Shown piece after piece: positions 1-9,614 of a stretch of 64,000 nt of DNA; within the stretch, counting starts at the first letter, position 1; the number at the start of each line of letters is the position of its first letter. This DNA comes from a virus (Duplodnaviria; Caudoviricetes). The position numbers were made by a program, and so were the translations under genes. Under the pieces are notes generated by a model, which ran no database searches, was not told the origin of the DNA, and saw only the letters and a list, made by a program, of their open reading frames with translations. The stretch spans positions 32,001 through 96,000 of IMG/VR virus record IMGVR_UViG_2917802685_000001; one strand, 5' to 3'.

Positions 1-115
1 GCACGCTGAGCATCAACCTGCGCTAGGCATTACGCGATCCCTACGACACCATTACAGCCCCCGCCGCCTCCGCCCGTGACCCGGGCGGAGGCTCGCGGCA
101 TGTGGAAGGACGAAT

Positions 116-610
116 ATGCCTCCCCTGACCCTGGAGCCCATCATCGTCGAGCCCCAAGACCTCACCGCCCGGGTCTCCGACCCCGAGCGCGAACGGTTCA
201 TCCTGTACGACACGGACTTCCCCGTGGAGACCGACCCGAAGTACGCCGTCGCCCCCGGCTTCCGGCCGCTGGCTGTACCGCACTTCGGCGTCGGCGAGGT
301 CGCCTGTTTCGTGTTCGCCGGACAGCTCGACTGGCTCAAGCGCCAGCTCAAGGGCAAGCCCTACAAGCTCACCACCGGCGAGACGAAGACCTGGCCCCTC
401 CTGCTGAACGACCAGGTCCTGACCTTCCGCAGCGTCGCCCGAGGCGGAGCCACTGCCCCCAAGCGGTACACGCTGCCCGACATCGAACGCCTCGCCTGCG
501 CCCTGTACGAGCGCGGCGACATCGACGGCCACGAACTCCAGCGCGTCTGCCAGATCCTCCTCGCCGTCGCCCGCCAGTACTGGGCCCGCACCAAGAAGCG
601 CGAGGACTGA
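116..610 (+). CDS. Hypothetical protein
   Basis: GAAGGA RBS, high GC3, stop overlaps next ATG. Confidence 0.75.
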   Translation: MPPLTLEPIIVEPQDLTARVSDPERERFILYDTDFPVETDPKYAVAPGFRPLAVPHFGVGEVACFVFAGQLDWLKRQLKGKPYKLTTGETKTWPLLLNDQVLTFRSVARGGATAPKRYTLPDIERLACALYERGDIDGHELQRVCQILLAVARQYWARTKKRED

Positions 611-1488
611 TGCGCCCGCTCCTGCTCATCGACGGCAACAACCTCCTCATACGCGCCGTCGAGGCCACCCGCCGCTCCGCCATGCACAGCGACGACGGCA
701 CCGACACCAGCGCCCTCGTCGTCTTCATCAAGACCATCTCCCGCTACATACGCGAAGAGAAGCCCTACCGCGTCATGGTGCTCTGGGACAGCGGCCCGGA
801 CTGGCGCAAGCAGATCTACCAGCAGTACAAGGCCCACCGGCCCCAGGTCACCGACGAGTACCGCAGCGCCACCCGCCGACTCGTCCGAGAGTTCCTGCAG
901 CTCGCCCGGGTGCCCTGGACCTACCTGCCAGGGTTCGAGGCCGACGACCTCATCGCCGCGCACTGGCGCTACGCCCACGAGCCGGTCGTCATCCTCTCCA
1001 GCGACAAGGACATGCTCCAGCTCGTCGGCGAGACCCCGACCGGGCACCCGTGCACACAGATTCGTGTCTCCAGTGCCAACACCCCCACCGACCGCTGGGA
1101 CGAGGCCAAGGTCATCGAGCGCTACGGCTGCACGCCCGCCCAGCGCCCCCTCGTGATGTCCCTGACCGGCGACGCCTCCGACGGCATCCCCGGCGTGAAG
1201 GGCATCGGCGACGTCTACGCCCTCAAGCACCTCACCGCCGCCGACTGGGACCTGGACGCCGTCGAGCACCCGGCCATCGTCGAGGCCCGCGACAAGGGCG
1301 AGATCGCCGTCTACCGGCAGCTCGTCGACCTCCGCGACGTCCCGTACGAGATGATCCCCACCGGCCCCGGCCCGTTCATGCCCGTCACCCCCGGCCCGGA
1401 CGCCGCCTGGAAGGCCCTGTGGGCGTTCCTGAACCGCTACCAGCTGCGCGAGATCGAGCGCCGCCTGATGGCCGGAGAACTCTGGTAG
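610..1488 (+). CDS. 5'-3' exonuclease (PolA N-terminal/FEN-like)
   Basis: IDGNNLL, FEADD, SSDKD, GDASDGIPGVKGIG motifs; true start ATG 610 inside listed 76..1488 ORF. Confidence 0.93.
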   Translation: MRPLLLIDGNNLLIRAVEATRRSAMHSDDGTDTSALVVFIKTISRYIREEKPYRVMVLWDSGPDWRKQIYQQYKAHRPQVTDEYRSATRRLVREFLQLARVPWTYLPGFEADDLIAAHWRYAHEPVVILSSDKDMLQLVGETPTGHPCTQIRVSSANTPTDRWDEAKVIERYGCTPAQRPLVMSLTGDASDGIPGVKGIGDVYALKHLTAADWDLDAVEHPAIVEARDKGEIAVYRQLVDLRDVPYEMIPTGPGPFMPVTPGPDAAWKALWAFLNRYQLREIERRLMAGELW

Positions 1489-1611
1489 GGCGATTTCTTG
1501 CTCTCGACCTGGACCGGCGGTTAGCGTCAAAACGCCTCCCCGCCAGGAGGCCCTCTTCCACGGCAGACCGTCATTTTGCCGTGCCCAGCCACCGCCAGGT
1601 TGGAGACCTCT

Positions 1612-2043
1612 GTGCTCGACTTCTCTGCTGCCGCTTACGGCAAGGCCGCCACCACAACCGTGGTCCGGCCGCTCTCTCCGACGTTCGATGGCATACACCC
1701 GGTGCACGCCCGCCCGGTCGCCACCGCTGGGCCCGTCACCATGGCCGCCAGCGACCTCCTCGACGCCCCCATGGACTGGTCCTGGGAGCAGCTGCGCGAC
1801 TACGTCATGCGCTCCATCGCTGAGCGCCACGGCCCCCAGCCGCGCCACGAGAGCGCCAAGGTCAACTCGATCTTCAAGTCCTTCGCCGCACGATGGGGCA
1901 ACCAGGCCGGGCCGATCGCGCAGTTCGCCTTCGAGCAGCAGGACGGCTTCTGGCGGGACGCGCCGGTCACCATCACCCGCTTCACCAAGGGCAACGACGG
2001 CTACTTCGCAGGCCCGATCTCCGAGCGGCTGGCCGGTGCCTGA
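1612..2043 (+). CDS. Hypothetical protein (replication operon)
   Basis: GGAG RBS before GTG 1612, codon bias. Confidence 0.7.
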   Translation: MLDFSAAAYGKAATTTVVRPLSPTFDGIHPVHARPVATAGPVTMAASDLLDAPMDWSWEQLRDYVMRSIAERHGPQPRHESAKVNSIFKSFAARWGNQAGPIAQFAFEQQDGFWRDAPVTITRFTKGNDGYFAGPISERLAGA

Positions 2044-2344
2044 ACTCATCTTCGTCGTCCCAGAGACGTACCGGTCTCCCCACGGCGAGCCCACCTGCTG
2101 CCCCGACTCCTACATCTGCCTCAGCGGTGGGGCGCCGGAGATGGAGTGCCCGCGCCACGGCGGCTTTGACGTCTGCTGCGACCAGCCGGAGGCGCACGTC
2201 CTGCAGAACCGCGAGGACTGGCATCGGCTCATGGACCGGTGGGAGCAGGGCCTGCTCGACCAGCACATCTCGCGCTACAAGATCCTCCAGGCGTTCGAGC
2301 TGGAATCCACGCCCCTCGCGGACCTGCTCAGCGACCGCATCTGA
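2036..2344 (+). CDS. Cys-rich hypothetical protein
   Basis: Overlapping GTG start, TCCPD/ECPRH/VCCD motifs. Confidence 0.65.
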   Translation: MPELIFVVPETYRSPHGEPTCCPDSYICLSGGAPEMECPRHGGFDVCCDQPEAHVLQNREDWHRLMDRWEQGLLDQHISRYKILQAFELESTPLADLLSDRI

Positions 2345-2391
2345 TCCATCACCGCCCGGCCGCCACCGGGCCCTCATCAAGGACCGCCACC

Positions 2392-3240
2392 TTGAAACGA
2401 CCTCCCCCTCCTCCGACCTGCCAGCCGCTGTCCAACCCGGACTTCGACCGGCTCAAGGCCGTCCGCCCCCGCCTGTGGACCAGCCCCAAGGACACCTGCC
2501 TGACCTGCCTCAAGCGGGACGGCAACACCTACCGCTGGTACGCCGCCGACGCTGCGAACCGCCGCACCGAGGAGGTCGTCACCTACGAGTGCGACTGCCG
2601 CGACCAGTGGCTCATGCACCTGTGGTTCCTCAACGCGGGCATCCCACTGAACTATCAGCGCCTGGGCTGGGACGACATCAAGGCCGTTCCGCAGCACATC
2701 GTTGAGCAGGTCATGGGCTATGCCCTCCAGGCGGCCCGCAACATCGCCTCCGGACGCAACCTGATCCTCTGGTCCAAGGACCCTGGCACCGGCAAGACGC
2801 TTTTCCTCGCCCTGCTGTGCAAGTTCCTCATGGCCAACGGATTTCAGGCCCACTTCTCGCAGTTCAACGACGTCATCGACCTCTTCACCTCCACCTGGCG
2901 CGACAAGGACGAGCGGGAGCACTGGACGCGCCGCGTGCGCAACGTGGACGTCCTCGCCATGGACGACATGGGCAAAGAGAACAAGGGCCGGATCGACGTA
3001 GTCGAGGACATGGTCGACCGCATCATCCGCGCCCGCGTCTCCGACGCCGCGCCCACGATCATCACCAGCAACCGATCTCCCCAGGAGATCCAGCAGGGTT
3101 ACGGCGTCTACGCGATGAGCCTGCTCAGCGAGTCCGCCGACTTCATCGAGATCCCCGGCACCGACTACCGGCCCGCGCGACGCGAACTCTCCCGCCAGGA
3201 AGCCGACCTCGGCCTGGCCCGACCCATCACGGCGGTATGA
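2392..3240 (+). CDS. DnaC/IstB-like AAA+ helicase loader with N-terminal Zn motif
   Basis: CLTC..CDC, Walker A PGTGKT, Walker B LAMDD, TIITSN; TTG start after AAGGA. Confidence 0.88.
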   Translation: MKRPPPPPTCQPLSNPDFDRLKAVRPRLWTSPKDTCLTCLKRDGNTYRWYAADAANRRTEEVVTYECDCRDQWLMHLWFLNAGIPLNYQRLGWDDIKAVPQHIVEQVMGYALQAARNIASGRNLILWSKDPGTGKTLFLALLCKFLMANGFQAHFSQFNDVIDLFTSTWRDKDEREHWTRRVRNVDVLAMDDMGKENKGRIDVVEDMVDRIIRARVSDAAPTIITSNRSPQEIQQGYGVYAMSLLSESADFIEIPGTDYRPARRELSRQEADLGLARPITAV

Positions 3241-3902
3241 CCATGAGCATCGACGACATGTCCTTCAACCTGGACCACGGCACTTCGGTCCCCATGACCC
3301 CCGGCCTTCCCTACGCCTGGCAGGCCACGGCCGACAACAGCGTCACCCGGCACTACACCCCGAAGGCGGGCATGACCGCCGAGAAGGCCGGTGAGCAGGT
3401 CCGCGTCGTCCACCACAAGCTCCAGACCCTGCAGAAGCTCATGGGCACGTCGAGGACCGAGGCCGACGAGCTGGAGAAGCGGATCCGCGACCTGGTCGCC
3501 GACTTCCGGGCCCCCGAGTCCGAACTGGCCACGGCGAACCAGGCCCTGCTCGACCTGCAGAAGCGCAACGACGCCGTGATCGCGGAGTGCCGCCGCTGGA
3601 AGGAACGCTCCGAGCAGCAGCGCTACACCGTGTCCAACGCACTCGGACTCGGCAGCGGCGCCTCGTGGCCCGCGATTTACGAGCGGGCGGCAGAGCTGTT
3701 CGAGAAGACGCTGGCCACCCCGGAGACCCCGAACGTCGTGACCTTCATCCGCCAGCGCACCCCGGGCGACTCCGTCCGCCACCTGGCCGGTGAGATCATG
3801 AAGCACGCCGGGCCCGACGGCAACATCGAGCTGGCTGGGATCGCCGTGGCACTGCGCATGGTCGCCGCCGACGTCGACAGCCTCCCCCAGGGCACCCCGT
3901 GA
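3237..3902 (+). CDS. Coiled-coil hypothetical protein
   Basis: ATGA overlap, heptad-rich middle. Confidence 0.7.
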   Translation: MTMSIDDMSFNLDHGTSVPMTPGLPYAWQATADNSVTRHYTPKAGMTAEKAGEQVRVVHHKLQTLQKLMGTSRTEADELEKRIRDLVADFRAPESELATANQALLDLQKRNDAVIAECRRWKERSEQQRYTVSNALGLGSGASWPAIYERAAELFEKTLATPETPNVVTFIRQRTPGDSVRHLAGEIMKHAGPDGNIELAGIAVALRMVAADVDSLPQGTP

Positions 3903-4138
3903 CCCTGACGGCCAAGAGCCTCGGTGACCCCCTCTCGCCGAGGGAGGGGGAGATCGTCCAACTCGCCAGCCGGGGCTACACAGACCCCGAAATCGCCGCC
4001 GAGTTGACGATCAGCGAACACACCGTCCGCGAGTACTGGCGCTACCGCATCCGCCCCTGCCTCGGCGCCGACAACCGCACGCACGCAGTCGCCCTGGCCG
4101 TCGCCCAGGGCCTGGCGTTCCCACAGGTGACCGCATGA
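3899..4138 (+). CDS. LuxR-type HTH protein
   Basis: LSPREGEIVQLASRGYTDPEIAAELTISEHTV. Confidence 0.9.
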   Translation: MTLTAKSLGDPLSPREGEIVQLASRGYTDPEIAAELTISEHTVREYWRYRIRPCLGADNRTHAVALAVAQGLAFPQVTA

Positions 4139-5439
4139 CCTTGCACGCAGAGACCACCCTCTACGCCAGCATCACCGACGTAGACGCGCTGGAGCAGTTG
4201 GCCGACACCGGCCTGGATCCGGCGTGCATTCCGACGACCGGCATGCGCGACGTCGTCGAGTGGGCGGTCTCGTACTTCTACCGCTCCGGTCGCACCAAGG
4301 CGCCCTCCCGTGAACTCCTGCAGGAGCAGTGGGGGCACAGGCTGGAGCAGTGCAACATCACGCTGCCGGACGAGGACCTGGAAGTCGACGAGGTCTTCGC
4401 GGCGATCGAGTACCTGCAGTCGCAGTACGTCCTCGCCGAGTCCCAGCGCCTGCAGCGCGAGGCCGCCGTCGAGATGGCCAACGCCGAGCCCCACGAACGC
4501 GTCGAGGCCGTCCACCGCGCCTCGGCCGCCTTCCACAACCTCTCCATGTCGGTCCGCAACCGGCAGAACGAAGTCGAAGGCGTCCAGGGCCTGCGCGACT
4601 CCCTCGCCCGCTACGACCAGCGCGCCGCCGCACCGAAGGTCGTCACCGGCATGTCTCTCGGGATGGAGGCCGTCGACAACCACACCCTGGGCGTCCACGG
4701 CGGCGAGATCTGCGCCTGGTGCGCACCCCCCAAGGGCGCCAAGTCGTTCAGCGCCACCCACGTTGCCCACACCGAGTGGAAGCGCGGCCGGGAGACCGTC
4801 CTGGCCACGCTGGAGAACAGCGTGCTCATGACGTACGACCGGCTCGCCTGCCAGATCTGCTGCGTCGACTACCGCGAGTACCAGAAGGGCACCGCCACCC
4901 CCGAGGACGTCGACCGCGTCCGCACCTGGCTCGACGAGAACGAGACGGACCTGAAGGACGGCCTGCACGTCCTCTCCCCGGACGACGGCCTGCGCACTCC
5001 CGCCGCCCTTATTCGGCAGGCCCAGTCCTACGGAGCGAAGTCGATCATCGTCGACCAGCTCTCCCACATCCAGCACCCCAGCCCGAACCCCCGGCGCCCC
5101 AAACACGAAACGATCGCAGAGATCATGAACGAGCTGTCCACGCTCATCACCACCGGCCGCTACATGCCATCGGTGCTCCTGAACTGCCAGATCAACCGTG
5201 AGGGCGTCGCCTCCGCCCAGAAGGCCGGACGCCTGGAGATGCAGCACATCGCCGACTCCTCCGCGATCGAACGCTACAGCTCCTGGGTCTTCGGCCTCAT
5301 CCGCTCAGAAACCGAGGTAGCCGCCGGTATGGCCACCCTGCAGATGCTCGCGTCCCGACGCATGGACCTGACCAACTGGCGCTGCGCCTGGGAGCCCTGG
5401 TACGGCACCCAGCACATCCTCGGCGAGGTGACCCTGTGA
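4135..5439 (+). CDS. DnaB-like replicative helicase
   Basis: Variant Walker A APPKGAKS, TLEN, IIVDQL, QINR, RecA-fold layout, next to primase. Confidence 0.85.
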   Translation: MTLHAETTLYASITDVDALEQLADTGLDPACIPTTGMRDVVEWAVSYFYRSGRTKAPSRELLQEQWGHRLEQCNITLPDEDLEVDEVFAAIEYLQSQYVLAESQRLQREAAVEMANAEPHERVEAVHRASAAFHNLSMSVRNRQNEVEGVQGLRDSLARYDQRAAAPKVVTGMSLGMEAVDNHTLGVHGGEICAWCAPPKGAKSFSATHVAHTEWKRGRETVLATLENSVLMTYDRLACQICCVDYREYQKGTATPEDVDRVRTWLDENETDLKDGLHVLSPDDGLRTPAALIRQAQSYGAKSIIVDQLSHIQHPSPNPRRPKHETIAEIMNELSTLITTGRYMPSVLLNCQINREGVASAQKAGRLEMQHIADSSAIERYSSWVFGLIRSETEVAAGMATLQMLASRRMDLTNWRCAWEPWYGTQHILGEVTL

Positions 5440-6008
5440 CCGCCTACGCCTTCCCCTGCGCCGTCAAGCCCGAGCTGTTCGACACCGGCAAGGGGCGCAA
5501 TACCAGGGTCGTCCGCAAGGCCCTGCGGATCTGCGACACCTGCCCCGTCCAGCTCGCCTGCCGACGCGCTGGCCGCGAAGGCCGCGAGTTCGGCATCTGG
5601 GGCGGAGAGACCCAGCCCGAGCGCTGGGCCGCACTCGGCATTGTCGAGTCGGACGCTCTCCCGCAGGAGTGCGGTACTGAGAAGGCCCTCAGTCGCCACA
5701 AGTCCCTCGGCGTGACCTGCGAGACCTGCGAGCAAGAGCAGAGCAAGCGCGACGAGGAAGCCAAAGCCGCCAAGATCGCCAGCGAGAAGAGCCAGCGCAC
5801 CGAGTCCGAGGAGATCCCCGGGAGCCGGGTGAACCCCTTCCACTCCCCGCTCCGGCCGATCTGCGGCACCGAACGCGGCTACCGCGCGCACCTGAGACGC
5901 AGCGAACTCCAGCTCCCCCCGCACCCCCAGTGCACCTGCCGGGAAGCCCGGCAAGCCCTGCGCGCCGCCGAACGCGCCCTGTTGAAGGAAGCGCAGGTCT
6001 CCGCATGA
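5436..6008 (+). CDS. WhiB-family transcription factor with two CGT..H..C Zn-like repeats
   Basis: C...CDTCPVQLAC...FGIWGG WhiB signature. Confidence 0.88.
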   Translation: MTAYAFPCAVKPELFDTGKGRNTRVVRKALRICDTCPVQLACRRAGREGREFGIWGGETQPERWAALGIVESDALPQECGTEKALSRHKSLGVTCETCEQEQSKRDEEAKAAKIASEKSQRTESEEIPGSRVNPFHSPLRPICGTERGYRAHLRRSELQLPPHPQCTCREARQALRAAERALLKEAQVSA

Positions 6009-6301
6009 CCTCCACCGCCCTGGGGCCGTGGCTCGTCGCCTTCACCGGCGACCCGGAGAGCCGCTGCCCCAAATGCGCAGCCCTGGCTGCCCAGACCGAG
6101 TGGCACGACACCGTCGTCGTCGGCATGTGCAAGGAGCGCCGCGACGCCATCGTCGCCATGAGCGATAACCCCGACGACGTCCCCGACGAGACCACCGAGC
6201 ACCTGTGCCGGGCCTGCTACTGCGGCTACTTCTGGAGCGAGCACGTGGCCTCCCCGGCCGACCTGGCCCGCATCAAGGCCGCCGCCGCCCATGACAACTG
6301 A
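6005..6301 (+). CDS. Zn-ribbon hypothetical protein
   Basis: CPKC...CYCGYFW; overlapping ATG 6005. Confidence 0.7.
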   Translation: MTSTALGPWLVAFTGDPESRCPKCAALAAQTEWHDTVVVGMCKERRDAIVAMSDNPDDVPDETTEHLCRACYCGYFWSEHVASPADLARIKAAAAHDN

Positions 6302-7394
6302 CCTCGACCAGCTCGCCGCGCTCCCCGACGAGCAGAAGTCCCAGATCGCCAAGGACGTCCTCGACTCCCTCGGCATCCAGTTCAAGCGGCAGATCCGGGA
6401 CGAGCTGATCATTCCGTGCCCGGTCGGCCAGTTCCACAACGACCAGGAGCGGAACCCCACCGCCGCCCTGAACTTCAAAAAACTCCTGTTCAACTGCCTC
6501 GGCTGCGACTCCAGCGGCACCATCCTGTGGCTCATCGCCACGGTGCGCGGCGACATCACCATCGACGAGGCCCGCGAATGGCTCCTCGGCGAAGCCGGAC
6601 TCACCCGCGCCGTCGGCCTGCCCGACATGCTCGCCTTCTTCGACGCCCTCTACACGCCGAAGACCCGGCCGCCGATGCCGGTCTACAGCCCCCGCATGCT
6701 GGAGCGCTGGCGAAGCGTCCCCGACTACATCGTCCGCGAACGGGGCATCCCGATCGAGACCTGCGAGCGGATGGACATCTGCCTCGACCCCGACGGCTTC
6801 ATGGGGCCGCCCGAAGCCCGGGTGCGCACCGGCCCGCGCGCCGTCATCCCGCACTACTGGGACGGCCAGCTCGTCGGCTGGCAGTCCCGCCGCCTGCCCG
6901 GCGCCGACCCGAGCACACCGAAGTACCTGAGCACCCCCGGGTTCCCCCGCGACGAGACGATCTTCGGCCGCGAGTACCTCCGGAGCGAAGTCGTCGTCGT
7001 CGAGTCGCCGATGAGCCAGCTCCGCCACCAGCACCACAGCAGCATCGAGGCCACCTTCGGCGCCGTCGTCACCGACGAGCAGATCGAGGAGCTGGTGCGG
7101 GGCCGCAAGAAGCTCATCTGGTTCATGGACAACGACACCGCCGGATGGCGCGCCGTCGCGGGCCGGACCTTCAACGGCCGGTTCTTTCCCGGCGCCCCCG
7201 AGCGCGCCTCCCGCTGGTGCCAGAACTGGGTCGTCCAGAGCCCCTTCGCTGCCGACCCCGCCGAGATGTCCGACGAGCTGTACCACGTCCTCGTCACCGA
7301 GTACGTGGTGCCCTGGCAGGTCTGGGAACAGCCGAAGGTCCTGTACTGCCACCGCTGCTTCCAGCGCGCCCACCCAGGAGCCTGCCGTGGCTGA
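6291..7394 (+). CDS. DNA primase (Zn finger + TOPRIM)
   Basis: CPVGQFH..CLGC, GWQSR, PKYL, VVVES, MDND. Confidence 0.88.
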   Translation: MTTDLDQLAALPDEQKSQIAKDVLDSLGIQFKRQIRDELIIPCPVGQFHNDQERNPTAALNFKKLLFNCLGCDSSGTILWLIATVRGDITIDEAREWLLGEAGLTRAVGLPDMLAFFDALYTPKTRPPMPVYSPRMLERWRSVPDYIVRERGIPIETCERMDICLDPDGFMGPPEARVRTGPRAVIPHYWDGQLVGWQSRRLPGADPSTPKYLSTPGFPRDETIFGREYLRSEVVVVESPMSQLRHQHHSSIEATFGAVVTDEQIEELVRGRKKLIWFMDNDTAGWRAVAGRTFNGRFFPGAPERASRWCQNWVVQSPFAADPAEMSDELYHVLVTEYVVPWQVWEQPKVLYCHRCFQRAHPGACRG

Positions 7395-7551
7395 GTGCCC
7401 TCCCGGCGTCCACTCGATGTTCGACTTCTGCCCCGGCGACTGCACCGAGCCCCTGGAAGACGTGGTACGCCACACCGTGGACGGCGTGGTGTACCTCTGC
7501 TACCCCGACGACCACTACTGTCCTCCCGGCTCCCTGCCACCCAAGGAGTGA
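7387..7551 (+). CDS. Small Cys/His protein (54 aa)
   Basis: AGGAG RBS, GTG start, GC3 bias; not in ORF track. Confidence 0.6.
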   Translation: MAECPPGVHSMFDFCPGDCTEPLEDVVRHTVDGVVYLCYPDDHYCPPGSLPPKE

Positions 7552-7566
7552 CCCAGGGAGGCACGT

Positions 7567-7713
7567 ATGCTCAAGTTCGGCACCGGCACGATTACCGCCG
7601 TCGCGAAGGACACCGAAGAGGGCCAGCTGGTCCGCACCGCCGTGGCACTCACCGAGACGGAGCGCGCGGGCATCCTCGCCGAGGGCGAGGAGACGGACAG
7701 CGAGGGGGAGTAG
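7567..7713 (+). CDS. Small acidic protein (48 aa, MLKFGTG...)
   Basis: GGGAGG RBS, fills gap in operon; not in ORF track. Confidence 0.65.
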   Translation: MLKFGTGTITAVAKDTEEGQLVRTAVALTETERAGILAEGEETDSEGE

Positions 7714-7716
7714 GCG

Positions 7717-8457
7717 ATGACGGGACTGCGGATCGCGGGCCGTCCCGAGCACATCATCATCTCCACCAGCACCGCCCTGGCGCTGCGCCCCGCGCCGGTC
7801 GTCCACGACGTCAACGGCTACTACGCCAGGCTCGACGTATCGCCGACCGCGACCAAGCGGGAGATCCGCGAGGCGTACCAGGCCCTTGGCGGCCCCAATG
7901 ACGCCGAGCTGACCGAGATCTTCAAGGTGCTCATCAACCGCGAGAGCCGGGCCGCGTACGACCACAAGCAGCCCGGCAGCACCTTCGTGGACCGGGCGGT
8001 CGTGCAGGCCATTCTGCGCAAGGCAGCCGCCCAAGCCGCCCAGGAGAACGCCGAGTTCGGCACCGGAAGGACCGCCAGAGACATTATTGGAACTCTGGCT
8101 GAGGAGACCGGAAATCCGCTCCTCCAATTTCTTGCTTCGGGTTCCACCGAAGGCTTTGATGATGACGGAGACAGGGACCGCCATCCCCGATCCGACCCCC
8201 CGGCCGCATGGCCGTACTCCTACCTGCTTCTGGCCTCTACCTGCGACGACGTCGACAGGCTGGCTCGGTGGCGGGAAGGGCTCGCGCAGGCCCTGACGGG
8301 CCGTGGTTGCTCCCACTTCGCCGTGGGATTCCACGCCTTCAACGACCTGCCGTTCCTCGTGGTGCGAGACATCGGAATTCCCGTCGTCTTTCTCCACGAA
8401 GAGGCCACGGTGACCGGGGAGTTGATTACGGCAGCCTCCACCGCCGTCGTCGCATAA
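7717..8457 (+). CDS. J-domain-like protein lacking HPD
   Basis: YYARLDVSPTATKREIREAY...VL....RAAYD. Confidence 0.7.
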   Translation: MTGLRIAGRPEHIIISTSTALALRPAPVVHDVNGYYARLDVSPTATKREIREAYQALGGPNDAELTEIFKVLINRESRAAYDHKQPGSTFVDRAVVQAILRKAAAQAAQENAEFGTGRTARDIIGTLAEETGNPLLQFLASGSTEGFDDDGDRDRHPRSDPPAAWPYSYLLLASTCDDVDRLARWREGLAQALTGRGCSHFAVGFHAFNDLPFLVVRDIGIPVVFLHEEATVTGELITAASTAVVA

Positions 8458-8495
8458 CTGGCTTCACCTGCCATCAAAGATCTTCAGGAGCCTTC

Positions 8496-9488
8496 GTGAC
8501 CGCCAACACGAGCCCCGTCATCAACTTCCGCCGAGGCGGCACCGCCGCCGAGCAGGCCGAGAAGGAGGCAAGCGTCTCCTCCAGCGGCCGACGCGGACCC
8601 GACTACTTCGGCCTCAAGGACGACGGCGACTCCGCAGTCGTCCGCCTCCTCACGGACCACGACGACTGGATCTGGGTCAACCAGCACTCGTTTGTGCCGA
8701 CCAAGCCGGGCCCCAAGGACGCCGAGAAGTGGCCCAAGAACATGACCTCGGTGTGCCGCTACGACAAGGCGTTCGGCGGCCACTACCAGGACTGCTACAT
8801 CGACGACTCCAAGCTGAAGAACTCCTTCGGCAAGGTCGCCACCCCGCGCCCCCGCGTCTGGGCCCTCGCCATCGAGCGGGAGATCGTGCGCGGCGACGGC
8901 AGCGAGGCCCTTGGCGGCCCGGCCAAGCAGGGTGTCGTCGTCGGCATCCGAGACAAGATCGACGAGGTCGACGAGCTGGGCCCCGACGGCAAGCCCACCG
9001 GCCTCAAGCTGAAGTACCCCCGCATCCTGGTGATCAACCAGCCCATGAAGGGCTTCTTCGCCCACTTCAAGGCCCTCCACGGCCTGTACGGGACGGTCGT
9101 AGACCGGGACTTCAGCGTCACCCGCAGCGGCACCGGCACCGACACCGAGTACAAGATCGTCCCGATCGACCCGATCACGGACCCGGCGACCGGCCAGAAC
9201 CTCATCAAGCCGGGCACCCCCATCTGGGAGAAGTACCTCCAGGCCGTCGCCGAGCGCGAGGTCAGCCTGGAAGGCATCGTCGCCGACAAGGCCAGCGACG
9301 AGTACTACGCCCGCTTCTTCGACCCGACCAAGTCGGTCGAGAAGGACGGCACCATCACCGCCGCCACGGCGGCCACCGGGGGCATGGTGAACCTCCCGGC
9401 CGACGCCGCCAGCGGCCCGGCGGACATCTCGGACGACCTGCGCAGCCGCATCGCGAACCTCGGCGTACCGCAGACTCCCGCCGCCTGA
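8496..9488 (+). CDS. Phage ssDNA-binding protein (gp32-like)
   Basis: FGLKDDGDSAVVRLL, VTRSGTGTDTEY, acidic tail, sits before polymerase; AGGAG RBS. Confidence 0.7.
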   Translation: MTANTSPVINFRRGGTAAEQAEKEASVSSSGRRGPDYFGLKDDGDSAVVRLLTDHDDWIWVNQHSFVPTKPGPKDAEKWPKNMTSVCRYDKAFGGHYQDCYIDDSKLKNSFGKVATPRPRVWALAIEREIVRGDGSEALGGPAKQGVVVGIRDKIDEVDELGPDGKPTGLKLKYPRILVINQPMKGFFAHFKALHGLYGTVVDRDFSVTRSGTGTDTEYKIVPIDPITDPATGQNLIKPGTPIWEKYLQAVAEREVSLEGIVADKASDEYYARFFDPTKSVEKDGTITAATAATGGMVNLPADAASGPADISDDLRSRIANLGVPQTPAA

Positions 9489-9614
9489 TCCAGGCGCACA
9501 CATCGCCGGTCCGTCCCGGTGCCGTCAGATACGGCGCTCAGCGTTCTGCGCTGCGTTCTTCCCCGGGACGGGCCGGACCATCTTCAGCACCCTTCACGCG
9601 CAAGGACCACCACC

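Noticed and set aside
9522-9544. Third RecA-NDp promoter before dnaE (cGTCAGat-N8-cAGCGT)
   Set aside because: Mismatches at the most conserved T positions of both elements
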